This document shows, in pieces, positions 33,077 to 42,037 of a DNA stretch of 64,000 bases. Each line of letters begins with the position of its first letter. The stretch's first letter is position 1. Position numbers and translations under genes: made by a program. This stretch comes from Euryarchaeota archaeon UBA557 (lineage in GTDB: Archaea; Thermoplasmatota; Poseidoniia; Poseidoniales; Thalassarchaeaceae): positions 9,049 through 73,048 of the forward strand of contig DARI01000009.1 of assembly GCA_002503285.1 (NCBI GenBank), written 5' to 3'. The notes beneath the pieces were generated by a model. It ran no database searches. It was not told the origin of the DNA and was given only the letters and a program-made list of their open reading frames with translations.

Positions 33077-34261
33077 ATGCACACAGTGGAAATCGATTGG
33101 GGACCGCCGGACGGATATGAAATTCTAGAATATCAACTCTCACCCTCTTCATGGAATAGATATGAAGAATGTCCCAGAAAATATTGGCTATCGAGACAAG
33201 GACTTCCAAGAAAAACAGGAATGCCAATAGTTGTTGGAAATACAATTCATAATTCAGTTGAAGATATCTGTAACTTAGAGATTATAGATAAAGGCGACGA
33301 TGAAAAAAATTGGTTACCCAAACTAGCAAAAAAGACTTTAGATCATCATTGGAAATTACAAAAAGATATATTTTTTAATACCCCTAGGCATCCAAAATGG
33401 AAGCAAAATTCATACAATAAAGCAGTTGAAGGATTAAATAAGGCACTATACATGCTCCTAAGGCATGTCAAAATTGATAATGTTAAACTATCAAATGTCA
33501 CATTAAATATGTGGAAAAAAATCAAAATAAATATTTTAGCAAATGAAGGAACTATGAATTCTAAATGTGGTAAATTGATGGGTAGATTAGATTTATTATT
33601 GAGAGATTTTGATGATGAAGGCAATGAATCAGGGTGGATTGTTGTAGATTTGAAAACCGGTAAACCTCCAAAAGAAAAGTTAAGTGATACAATAAATAGG
33701 CAATTACTCTTCTACCGTGATCTCTTAAAATTAATTAATCCTGATCATCCACCAATGCGTGCAGAAGGTTGGTATACATCAAACCAAACAATACATGAGG
33801 CAACAGGCCCATCAGTAACAGATACTGCATTAGCAACACATAGTTTGATTGAATTAACTAATACTCCATTTCAGGCTACTCCTGAAGACTTTACTTGTGG
33901 ATTTTGTGAATGGAAAGCATGGTGCCCTAGTTGGCTAATTGGCATTGAGGATGGTGTTTTAAAAAAAGGTGGTAGATTCACTAATGAAGTTGTGACATTA
34001 GCAAACTTTGATTCAGAAGAAGGACTTGCCCTATTTAAAAAGATGATTCCTGATGGCCAAAACGGTAATCTAAAAGATTCTGGGGAAAAATTTGGTGCGT
34101 TTTTAACTAATCAACCATTAGATCAACTAAGGACATTATGTTCAGAAGGGTATGAAGGGGCATTGTTCATTGGAAGTGCGAGAATAGATGGAGAAACCAG
34201 ACATCTCGGAGACTGGTCTGAGATATTGCCATGGAATCCATTATTGGAATCAATCAGATAA
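33077..34261 (+). CDS. Cas4/RecB-like PD-(D/E)XK nuclease with a 4Fe-4S cysteine signature and a C-terminal extension
   Basis: N-terminal 'ECPRKYW'. 'GRLDLLLRD...WIVVDLKTGK' (D..D.K core). 'CGFCEWKAWC' (C-x2-C-x5-C). About 95 further aa of unknown fold. Confidence 0.75.
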   Translation: MHTVEIDWGPPDGYEILEYQLSPSSWNRYEECPRKYWLSRQGLPRKTGMPIVVGNTIHNSVEDICNLEIIDKGDDEKNWLPKLAKKTLDHHWKLQKDIFFNTPRHPKWKQNSYNKAVEGLNKALYMLLRHVKIDNVKLSNVTLNMWKKIKINILANEGTMNSKCGKLMGRLDLLLRDFDDEGNESGWIVVDLKTGKPPKEKLSDTINRQLLFYRDLLKLINPDHPPMRAEGWYTSNQTIHEATGPSVTDTALATHSLIELTNTPFQATPEDFTCGFCEWKAWCPSWLIGIEDGVLKKGGRFTNEVVTLANFDSEEGLALFKKMIPDGQNGNLKDSGEKFGAFLTNQPLDQLRTLCSEGYEGALFIGSARIDGETRHLGDWSEILPWNPLLESIR

Positions 34262-34822
34262 AGATTCTACTAATTCATTCCACCATTCTTGAAATTCTTC
34301 CGGATAAGATTTCATTATTTTCCATAAAAGCAAAAGTGTTGCTCCAGCATCAGCATCAGCTGAATGTGCGTTTTCTAATGAAATATCATATTTTTCACAT
34401 AACGCACCTAAACTTCTTTTACCATATTGACTTATCTTAAATTTCTTTGCAAGAATCCATGTATCGATGATGGCGTAAGGTTCAGGTGCCTCCATTCCAC
34501 AACGTAAATATTCCATTTTCAAGAAAGGCCAATCAAATCTTATAACATTATGTCCAACAAGTATTGAGCCATTAATAAGATTTGAAATTTCTTCAACATG
34601 CTCGAGAAATAATTTTGAATTTTTTACATCTTTATCAGATATTCCATGAATTCTTGTAGTTTCTGGTGGTATTTTCATATTTGGTTTGACTAATGATTCA
34701 GCATTGATGTGCGTTCCATCTACATCACTTCCAATAAATGCATATTGAACTATACGATGCTTAGATGAATCAAAACCAGTTGTTTCCAAATCAAATCCTA
34801 AAACTCTAAATCCGCTTAACAT
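34250..34822 (-). CDS. DEDDh 3'-5' exonuclease (DnaQ/epsilon-like)
   Basis: Exo I 'GFDLETTG', Exo II 'VGHNVIRFDWPFL', Exo III 'HSADADA'. 190 aa. Confidence 0.85.
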   Translation of the reverse strand: MLSGFRVLGFDLETTGFDSSKHRIVQYAFIGSDVDGTHINAESLVKPNMKIPPETTRIHGISDKDVKNSKLFLEHVEEISNLINGSILVGHNVIRFDWPFLKMEYLRCGMEAPEPYAIIDTWILAKKFKISQYGKRSLGALCEKYDISLENAHSADADAGATLLLLWKIMKSYPEEFQEWWNELVESLSD

Positions 34823-34930
34823 GACTTATTCCTATTCTATCGAAAGTGGCCAAGTCCATGAACTCTCTTAACTCAATAAAATAATGCTAATGTCCCAACA
34901 TACATATGAGTATAGCACGCATCACGCGTA

Positions 34931-36106
34931 ATGATGAAGATTGGCGGCCGCCCGATAGCGTTGATGATTACATCAATGTTAATCGCCACAGTATTCGCTG
35001 GATGCAGCGGTCTTGGAAATATTAATCCAAATGCTAAACTAACCTCTGATATGGATGAAATAAATGCTGGAGAAACAGTAAATTTCGATGCAAGAGAGTC
35101 AACAACTCCAAATCCAACAATAATCGAAGAATATAGGTGGGACTTTGATGATGGAAATAAAAAAACTACAAAACAAGGAGTCGTAAGTCACCAATATATT
35201 AATCCTGGATATTATTCTATACAAGTAACCGTTGTCAACGATCAAGGAGGAATTGATACTGAATATTCCTCACTTTTTGTAAATTCACCTCCAATTTTGA
35301 TTTTCGAAGTATCTAATGTAATTAGAACAGGTTCTACCGTACTTCTAGATGCAAGTGAATCATTAGACCCAGAAGGAGGAGTTGTAAGTTTTGAATGGGA
35401 TTTTGATATAACTGAAGATTCAAATAACGACGGAGATCCTTCTAATGATGCAGATGCAACGTCAGCTATTTCAAATCAGTTATTACTGACTGAATCAGGC
35501 AATCGGACAGGTAGAATTACAGTTATAGACGATAAAGGTGCTACAAACACCTCTATATGGACTGTAATGGTTATTTCTAGGACTTTTAGGATAATTTGGG
35601 AGCCCAAACATGTAGAATTTGAATGGAATGGCTATTTAGAACAGGGGAAATCATATGAGATAATAAAAAATCCATTTCCTGAATCTAGGATGATTAGTAT
35701 GAATTCTACATTAATATTAGCAAGGGATCTTATTCCAATTATGTGGCCAGAAGATAATTTCACTCTTTCAATTAGGGTGCCCACTTCAGGTTGGAGTACA
35801 TTTTCATCTACAACGCATGAAAATATAACTCAAAATGCATCGGTTACTATACTCAAAGATGAAATGAATACTTATCCTGAAACTGGATATACAATTTCAG
35901 CAGACTCTTCTGATGATCTTTTGTATTCACTACTTAATCAAGCAGGTCAAAGATTTGGCCAAGGAGACTGGATTTGGACAATAACTGCTGATGATTGCCA
36001 TCCAGATATACCAATAGATGATATAGATCCTGATCAAGGGAATGACTGGAAATTAGTAATTGATTTTTTGGTACTGGTACCAAGAATAAGTGAAATTGGA
36101 ATATAA
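34931..36106 (+). CDS. secreted PKD-domain lipoprotein
   Basis: Signal plus lipobox-like 'VFAGCSG'. Two PKD-like units ('VNFDARESTTP...YRWDFDDGN...HQY.NPGYYSIQVTVVND', 'LLDASESLDPEGG.VSFEWDFD'). Confidence 0.75.
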   Translation: MMKIGGRPIALMITSMLIATVFAGCSGLGNINPNAKLTSDMDEINAGETVNFDARESTTPNPTIIEEYRWDFDDGNKKTTKQGVVSHQYINPGYYSIQVTVVNDQGGIDTEYSSLFVNSPPILIFEVSNVIRTGSTVLLDASESLDPEGGVVSFEWDFDITEDSNNDGDPSNDADATSAISNQLLLTESGNRTGRITVIDDKGATNTSIWTVMVISRTFRIIWEPKHVEFEWNGYLEQGKSYEIIKNPFPESRMISMNSTLILARDLIPIMWPEDNFTLSIRVPTSGWSTFSSTTHENITQNASVTILKDEMNTYPETGYTISADSSDDLLYSLLNQAGQRFGQGDWIWTITADDCHPDIPIDDIDPDQGNDWKLVIDFLVLVPRISEIGI

Positions 36107-36160
36107 TTATTCACTATTATTAGTGCGAAGTGCTTTGAACTTGATGTTAATGCCAAGTAC

Positions 36161-36514
36161 ATGGTTAAGTCAATGCTGATAACCAAGACTTCTATCAGAG
36201 ATCGTGTCATAATTGATGCTGAGGTACAAATGAATAATCCTAGTGACTACGACTTTTCTCCAAGGGCAGACATCGAAGGAAATATTCTACAACTTCGTAA
36301 TGAAGGAGATATTGAGGCAACAACATCAGTGCAATTAGATGATGAACAAATGATAGTTATCGAGAGAGATAGATTAGTAGAATTACGTGTAAAATTTTCT
36401 GTTCAGGGTATGCATGGTCAACTCACTCATAAGACAAAAATTACTAGAGATGGTCCGAATTCCAAAAAATTAGCCGAACCAAGATGGAAAACTGTATTGC
36501 CAATAGTTATGTGA
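36161..36514 (+). CDS. hypothetical protein (117 aa)
   Basis: ORF only. No motif recognised. Confidence 0.4.
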   Translation: MVKSMLITKTSIRDRVIIDAEVQMNNPSDYDFSPRADIEGNILQLRNEGDIEATTSVQLDDEQMIVIERDRLVELRVKFSVQGMHGQLTHKTKITRDGPNSKKLAEPRWKTVLPIVM

Positions 36515-36571
36515 TACTGGATTTCTACAACCGTCGAGATTAAACAGAAGCCACTATTCGACGGGATTATT

Positions 36572-36648
36572 GGACCCATAGTGTAGCCTGGATATCACAG
36601 GGGCTTGCGGAGCCTTTAACCCGTGTTCAAATCGCGGTGGGTCCGCCA
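36572..36648 (+). tRNA. tRNA-Arg (GCG), CCA encoded
   Basis: Acceptor GGACCCA/TGGGTCC. Anticodon arm GGGGC-TTGCGGA-GCCTT. T arm CCGTG-TTCAAAT-CGCGG. Discriminator G. Confidence 0.88.
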
Positions 36649-36759
36649 CTCAAATAGGTAATTAACTGATTGTTTTGCAGGTTTTTTCATAATTTTTAAT
36701 ACATTTACTCAATGTTTTGATAAGGTTTTGCATTCAATCATAATTTAGGGTGCAAAGGT

Positions 36760-37893
36760 ATGAAGCCAGAAACAAAAGAGAATAATAGACAAAAAAGATC
36801 ACTAAGCATAATAACTGTATTGGCTGTAATTTCATTACTAGCAGGCGCATCAGTAAGTACGAGCGTGGATGAGTTAATGGAACCAAGATATGTGGAAGAT
36901 AATCCATATGCTGGAGTGGTTGATGATGCTGTTGGAGGTGCTACTTGGGATATGATTGATGAAGATAAAAAAGGCTTCAAAGGTATGTTGAAATCCTTCT
37001 TATCGGATAAAATAGAAATTTCCGAAGAAGATAGAATGGAACATCTAGAAAAAAGAGTCGAGGCCAATGGTATACTTGCTATAGCGTTACAATATTGTAT
37101 TGAAAACGATGAATGCAATGTAGACTCAGAATCATTAACCATGATGAAAGATTCCATTGAAGTTAGATCTCCTTCAATGATGGAAAAGGTTGATGATGAT
37201 AAAGGAGATTGGTATGATTGTAGAACCAAAGAACTTTGGACTGATGAAAAACAAGAATGGTGCGATAATGTTAATTCTATGAAGGAACATAAAAGAGAAT
37301 CAATGAATAAAAGCCATTCCGATTGGGACGATTTGAATCAAGACGAATTAACCAGCAAACTTCATTTGACAGAAAACGCAGCTATAGCCATATCATACTG
37401 TATTGCAAATAGTGATTGTGCCGGATTGGGTATTTCACATGACGCCCGCCATTCATTTAATTCAATACTTACACAAATAGGTACAGAGATGGCACAACGT
37501 TACGCCGATTATCAAGAATGCTTCGAAGGTGAAAATTGTGAACGCCAAGATAGGAAAGAAATGTCTAGTCCAAAAGGACTTATTTCAAAATTCAGAGAAA
37601 CATTTGATCGCGAGGGAAAAGGTGAACCATTACCAACACGTCATAATATGGATTTTAATAAATTTGAAGTAACACAGGAAATGTGTGAATCTCGCACAGG
37701 AACATGGACTACAATCGAGGACAAATCATACTGTGAATGGCCAAAAATAGATTATCAAGAAGTTTGTTACGATGATGATGAGAAAGTAGTATGTGGAGAT
37801 GAAGATAAAGAAAGTTCAAACGAAGCTTCTTTACAAGAGGAATGTGAAGCCAATGATGGAACATGGTCCGAAGATCGTCAGGATTGTTATTAA
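36760..37893 (+). CDS. secreted/anchored acidic cysteine-rich protein with internal repeats
   Basis: N-terminal hydrophobic 'LSIITVLAVISLLAGASV'. 14 Cys. Repeated 'A(I/L)A(L/I).YCI.N..C' and 'CE...GTW.......C' units. Confidence 0.6.
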   Translation: MKPETKENNRQKRSLSIITVLAVISLLAGASVSTSVDELMEPRYVEDNPYAGVVDDAVGGATWDMIDEDKKGFKGMLKSFLSDKIEISEEDRMEHLEKRVEANGILAIALQYCIENDECNVDSESLTMMKDSIEVRSPSMMEKVDDDKGDWYDCRTKELWTDEKQEWCDNVNSMKEHKRESMNKSHSDWDDLNQDELTSKLHLTENAAIAISYCIANSDCAGLGISHDARHSFNSILTQIGTEMAQRYADYQECFEGENCERQDRKEMSSPKGLISKFRETFDREGKGEPLPTRHNMDFNKFEVTQEMCESRTGTWTTIEDKSYCEWPKIDYQEVCYDDDEKVVCGDEDKESSNEASLQEECEANDGTWSEDRQDCY

Positions 37894-37921
37894 GACTTTA
37901 ATATAAATTCTAATGTTTCAA

Positions 37922-37946
37922 GGGGGCTCTTTACACAGAGCCACCC
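37922..37946 (+). other. GC-rich stem-loop immediately downstream of the Cys-rich protein gene
   Basis: GGGGGCTCT-ttacac-AGAGCC(a)CCC gives 9 bp with one bulge. It is flanked by CAAGGG/CCCTTG, which could extend the structure. No T-tract follows. Confidence 0.5.
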
Positions 37947-37979
37947 AACCCTTGAATTATAATTGCTTGTCGTGTTAAT

Positions 37980-38462
37980 ATGAGTGAAGATGAAATGGAT
38001 AATTCTTCAGACTCAATGAATCAGATAGCCAAGCTTACTTTGGGAATGGCAACTTTTATGCTATTTCTCCTGATTTTAGTTCCATTTACAGTTTCTTCGG
38101 CTTCCTTCGATGATATTTTTCCATATTTGATATACTCATTATTTTTGACAAGTATAGGAATTCTTATTGGAATTTCAATTACCTGGTTATTGAATAATAA
38201 TGAGAAATTAAATAAAGAATTAACTAATGATATTAGTACAAAAAAACTACCAATATTGTCTTCAGCTGAAAAAACTGTAGTTAACATTTTACAATCTAAT
38301 GAAAATAAGATGTGGCAGGCTGAATTAGTACGCCAGGGTGCATTTACAAATTCAAAGGCAAGTAGGTTACTTTCAAGTATGGAAAATAGAGGATTAGTTA
38401 GACGCGTGCGTGATGGGATGGGAAAACGAGTTGAATTAACAATTATGGAGGATAATGCATGA
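37980..38462 (+). CDS. membrane-anchored winged-helix (MarR/TrmB-like) transcriptional regulator
   Basis: Two N-terminal TM segments, then 'AEKTVVNILQSNENKMWQAELVRQGAFTNSKASRLLSSMENRGLVRRVRDGMGKRVEL'. Confidence 0.65.
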   Translation: MSEDEMDNSSDSMNQIAKLTLGMATFMLFLLILVPFTVSSASFDDIFPYLIYSLFLTSIGILIGISITWLLNNNEKLNKELTNDISTKKLPILSSAEKTVVNILQSNENKMWQAELVRQGAFTNSKASRLLSSMENRGLVRRVRDGMGKRVELTIMEDNA

Positions 38463-38896
38463 ATAACCGACTAAATCAGAATTTTTTTGCTATCGCTGTC
38501 TTATTGATGATTATTATCATGTCATTAATTACTCAAATAATACTAAATTTGGAAACTAACGCTGAAATTATTGAAGATGAGGGAATTTTCACAATTCCAT
38601 TATTATTTTTAATATTATTTTTAATCTTAATTCTTACAATTATATATCAATTAGGCCCCTTTAAGGATAATAAAATAGGATTAAAACGTGAAGATATAAG
38701 TATAACTTTATTGATAATTTCAATGTTTATATTCGGTTACATTATTGGGCCATCATTATCTATCTATAATATTTTACCAAATTCTAAAATTACCGGCTTA
38801 ATAATTATATTAGTACCAATATTAATGATATCATTAATGTTATCAACTTTCCAAAAAAGTACTAAAATTGAAGTTGTTAATGATTGCGAAGAGTAA
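38459..38896 (+). CDS. hypothetical multi-pass membrane protein (4-nt ATGA overlap with the upstream wHTH gene)
   Basis: Four hydrophobic segments. The overlapping start/stop suggests translational coupling. Confidence 0.5.
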   Translation: MNNRLNQNFFAIAVLLMIIIMSLITQIILNLETNAEIIEDEGIFTIPLLFLILFLILILTIIYQLGPFKDNKIGLKREDISITLLIISMFIFGYIIGPSLSIYNILPNSKITGLIIILVPILMISLMLSTFQKSTKIEVVNDCEE

Positions 38897-38921
38897 TATT
38901 ATTCAATTAATTAAAAATAAA

Positions 38922-39383
38922 TTAAGAAAAAACAATATAGTGCCCTTTTCTTTCATTAGAATAATCTTTTGATTTTAAAATATTACCTTCTAAAGAACTT
39001 TCTGCAATATCTCGCATTGCTTGACTTATCCAATCAATATTCTCAAAATCTGACTGTTCAAACCACCCATAATCGGATATTTCATCTGGATCAATTTTAA
39101 TCTTTTCATCCTGAACCACTACAGAATATGCTAAAAATATTCCAGGAATATTTTTATTGATGCGTTCTCTTATGGCTATCAGCCCAACGACATCTCCATC
39201 AATTCCACATTCTTCTTTCAATTCTCTAATTACTGCCTTTGTAGGGGCTTCTCCCTGATCAACAGCACCTTTAGGCATGCCCCAAAGCCCTTCACTAGTT
39301 CCTCGAGACTCTTTTACGAGTAATATTTTATTTTCATTTACGACGCAGGCTGCAACACCTAAATCAGTATTAACGGACCTCAT
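38922..39383 (-). CDS. NUDIX hydrolase
   Basis: Nudix box 'GMPKGAVDQGEAPTKAVIRELKEECGI'. Confidence 0.88.
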   Translation of the reverse strand: MRSVNTDLGVAACVVNENKILLVKESRGTSEGLWGMPKGAVDQGEAPTKAVIRELKEECGIDGDVVGLIAIRERINKNIPGIFLAYSVVVQDEKIKIDPDEISDYGWFEQSDFENIDWISQAMRDIAESSLEGNILKSKDYSNERKGHYIVFS

Positions 39384-39479
39384 GCTTACAAGAAAGAATG
39401 ATTACTTATGAATCATATTCTTACTGTTTTCAGTCAATACCTATTTGTGATGGGCTTTACCATGGACTAGGAAGTATTC

Positions 39480-40235
39480 ATGGCAGGAGGAAAATATGGC
39501 GATAGTAGTGCCAAAGATCTCTCAGATTGGGGGAGGCCAATAGCTAGATTTTTTGCTAAAAAAATAGAAAATACACCCATCACGGTAATTCAGGTAACTA
39601 ATTTTCACCTCTTACTTTCTATTTTATGTGCATGGCTAATTATTGAGAATAATATCATTTTAGCTTGTTTCTTATTGGTCATTAAGGGCGTTATTGATGC
39701 AATTGATGGTGAATTAGCCAGAATACGTAAGAAACCATCTCATGTTGGTCGGTATTGGGATACTGTTGCAGATACAATCGGACTAGTATTGGTAATGATT
39801 GCATTTGGAGAAGCATTAGATTGGGATATTAGTTTGTCAATTGGAATAATATTAGCCATTTTATTTCAATATTCATTATTTAATCATTTTTCAGTAAGGA
39901 TGAGATTATTGGGTTCAGGAGATACTACTAGTAGAATTGATGAAAGGATGCGTCCAAATGCTCACCCTTGGGAGAAACAAAGAAATGTAGATATATTTCA
40001 TTTAATATATTTATTATTTTTTAGTTGGCAAGATAGAATTATTTCAATCCTTACAGGCAAGGGTTCAGAGAAATTAGTATGGGAACTAACTCTATCATCC
40101 CTCCTTGGTTATGGATTCCAATCACTAATAATTTTAATCCTATCTATTTCAAACAATATGCAGTATCTCCCTAAGTTAGTTTTAGAATTAAATATTTTTA
40201 TAATGCTGATTATCATAATTAAAAGTAGACTTTGA
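39480..40235 (+). CDS. CDP-alcohol phosphatidyltransferase family protein
   Basis: 'DAIDGELARIRKKPSHVGRYWDTVADTIG' fits D-x2-D-G-x2-A-R...G-x3-D-x3-D. Multi-pass membrane protein. Confidence 0.85.
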   Translation: MAGGKYGDSSAKDLSDWGRPIARFFAKKIENTPITVIQVTNFHLLLSILCAWLIIENNIILACFLLVIKGVIDAIDGELARIRKKPSHVGRYWDTVADTIGLVLVMIAFGEALDWDISLSIGIILAILFQYSLFNHFSVRMRLLGSGDTTSRIDERMRPNAHPWEKQRNVDIFHLIYLLFFSWQDRIISILTGKGSEKLVWELTLSSLLGYGFQSLIILILSISNNMQYLPKLVLELNIFIMLIIIIKSRL

Positions 40236-40272
40236 AAGTGAATACTAAGTATGGTGACATATTGGACATACT

Positions 40273-41043
40273 ATGGAAACAGGGCTAAAGAATAGTGTAG
40301 TTTTAGTGACGGGAGGAGCAGGGGGCATTGGCCAATCCATATGTAAAAAATTTGCTTTAGAAGGAGCTACAGTAATAATTCACTATTATGAATCCTCTGA
40401 AAAGGCAATTGCTCTAGCCAAAGAAATCGATGGCTTTGCTGTACAATCCGATCTCCGCGATTCAGATTCAACTATGTTAATGGTAGATAAAATAATTTCA
40501 AAGTATGGAAAACTAGACATTTGCATAGCTAATGCAGGGTATTATCCTAGTGAACCTAAACCACTGTGGCAAATAAGTTCCGAAAGATGGAATTCCACCA
40601 TAACTTCCAATCTTAACATTGCGTTTAATACGGCTAGAGCATTTCTTTTGCATGCCAAACAGAAAAGACACGGATCTTTAGTATTTGTTGGTTCAACGGC
40701 TGGAATTTATGGAGAATCTGGGCATTCTGATTACGCAGCAGCAAAAGGAGCACTCACATCTGGATTACTAATGTCATTAAAGAATGATGTCGCGGTATTT
40801 GGAAATATTAGAGTTAATGCCGTCGCCCCAGGTTGGACCTTAACTCCTAAAAAATTAGAGCAAGGTATTGATAAAAATACAATTGATATTGCTACTGCTA
40901 CTATGGCCCTTAAGAAATTAGCAACTCCTGATGATGTTGCAAATATCATAGTGTCTCTTTCATCTGACAAGATATCTGGACATGTTACAGGGCAAGTGAT
41001 TGAAGTTGCCGGTGGCATGGAAGGTAGACTAATTTATTCTTGA
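40273..41043 (+). CDS. short-chain dehydrogenase/reductase (FabG-like)
   Basis: 'VLVTGGAGGIGQS', 'NAG' and 'YAAAKGAL' (Y-x3-K). Confidence 0.88.
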   Translation: METGLKNSVVLVTGGAGGIGQSICKKFALEGATVIIHYYESSEKAIALAKEIDGFAVQSDLRDSDSTMLMVDKIISKYGKLDICIANAGYYPSEPKPLWQISSERWNSTITSNLNIAFNTARAFLLHAKQKRHGSLVFVGSTAGIYGESGHSDYAAAKGALTSGLLMSLKNDVAVFGNIRVNAVAPGWTLTPKKLEQGIDKNTIDIATATMALKKLATPDDVANIIVSLSSDKISGHVTGQVIEVAGGMEGRLIYS

Positions 41044-41209
41044 TCAAAATTTTATATTAGAATTACTAACTTTATGTATGAGTATCAGTTTTATTCTGGC
41101 AATATCTATTAATTATATAGCATCTTGTCACATTATATCTCGTATTTGTTAATCTATAGTCAAATTATGATGGGCTGGCCATTTTATCCATAGATTTCAA
41201 ACACACAAT

Positions 41210-41638
41210 ATGATACGCTTAATCATGACTTTCACATCATCTCGAAGAATTGACTTCCCAATGGTAGATCTCGCTGGCATAGCTTATTATCCAAAGTTTT
41301 GGGATTTAGCACATCGATTTTTTGAAGAATCATGGCATTATACTTGTAATTTACACTATAACGAAGTTTTACAAAAACATAAAATCGGATTCCCTTTAGT
41401 GCATAGTGAAGCATCCTTCTTACATCCATTGAAGTATGGCGATACCGTATTTTGTAAAATAAATGTATCTAATATTGGTAATTCATCAATCACATGGTCC
41501 TATGAACTTTCAAATCAAGATGGAAAGATATGTTGGTCAGCAATCCAAACTACTGTTTGTACAAACATGAATTCAATAACTGAAAAAACCAATGTACCCG
41601 ATTGGATAAGAGAAGGATTAGAGAAAATAATGATTTGA
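41210..41638 (+). CDS. hotdog-fold acyl-CoA thioesterase (4HBT/YbgC-like)
   Basis: 'VDLAGIAYYPKFWDLAHRFFEESW' and 'GFPLVHSEASFLHPLKYGD'. An alternative start exists at ATG 41225. Confidence 0.7.
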   Translation: MIRLIMTFTSSRRIDFPMVDLAGIAYYPKFWDLAHRFFEESWHYTCNLHYNEVLQKHKIGFPLVHSEASFLHPLKYGDTVFCKINVSNIGNSSITWSYELSNQDGKICWSAIQTTVCTNMNSITEKTNVPDWIREGLEKIMI

Positions 41639-42037
41639 TTATTTACTATTTTTATCTCTTGGCCATTTTTTCGATAAAGCTTCACGTAAATCATCATTCA
41701 TTTTTGCATCCCACCAATTTGCTTTACGCCAAATCGCATATCTACCTCTAATGCCCCTTAAATCAGCTCTATCCAATTTCGTACCTTGAAAATTTGATAG
41801 ATTCATTTTAGCCTTTAAAAAAATTGCATCTCGCATATCTGCATTATCAAAGGATGCTTTCATTAGATTTGCTTGTTTAAATGACGCCCTTCTCATATCA
41901 GCACCTGATAAATTAGCACCTTCGAGATCGGAACTATCAAAAACTGCTCTTCTTAAATCTGCACCTGATAGGTCAATGCCCCGCAAGTCTTTTCCTATGT
42001 GGGAACTAAAAGACCAATTTTTTTTTTCTTTGTCCAT
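41639..42037 (-). CDS. pentapeptide-repeat protein
   Basis: Tandem A(D/N)LXX units: 'DLSGADLRRAVFDSSDLEGANLSGADMRRASFKQANLMKASFDNADMRDAIF'. Confidence 0.88.
   Translation of the reverse strand: MDKEKKNWSFSSHIGKDLRGIDLSGADLRRAVFDSSDLEGANLSGADMRRASFKQANLMKASFDNADMRDAIFLKAKMNLSNFQGTKLDRADLRGIRGRYAIWRKANWWDAKMNDDLREALSKKWPRDKNSK

Noticed and set aside
33077-34261. Cas4-like nuclease as evidence of a CRISPR-Cas locus
   Set aside because: No cas1/cas2/effector genes and no repeat array occur anywhere in the 64 kb. It is treated as a stand-alone Cas4/RecB-like nuclease.
29885-36648. Integrated mobile element or genomic island bounded by tRNA-Pro and tRNA-Arg
   Set aside because: I could see no integrase, transposase, capsid or terminase genes and no direct repeat of a tRNA 3' end. 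The bacterial-type genes here (ligA, exonuclease) suggest old HGT rather than an identifiable element.
36738-37229. 163-aa ORF on the minus strand
   Set aside because: It is antisense to the Cys-rich secreted protein gene. The Ser-rich shadow translation is produced by the GAT/GAA-rich sense strand.
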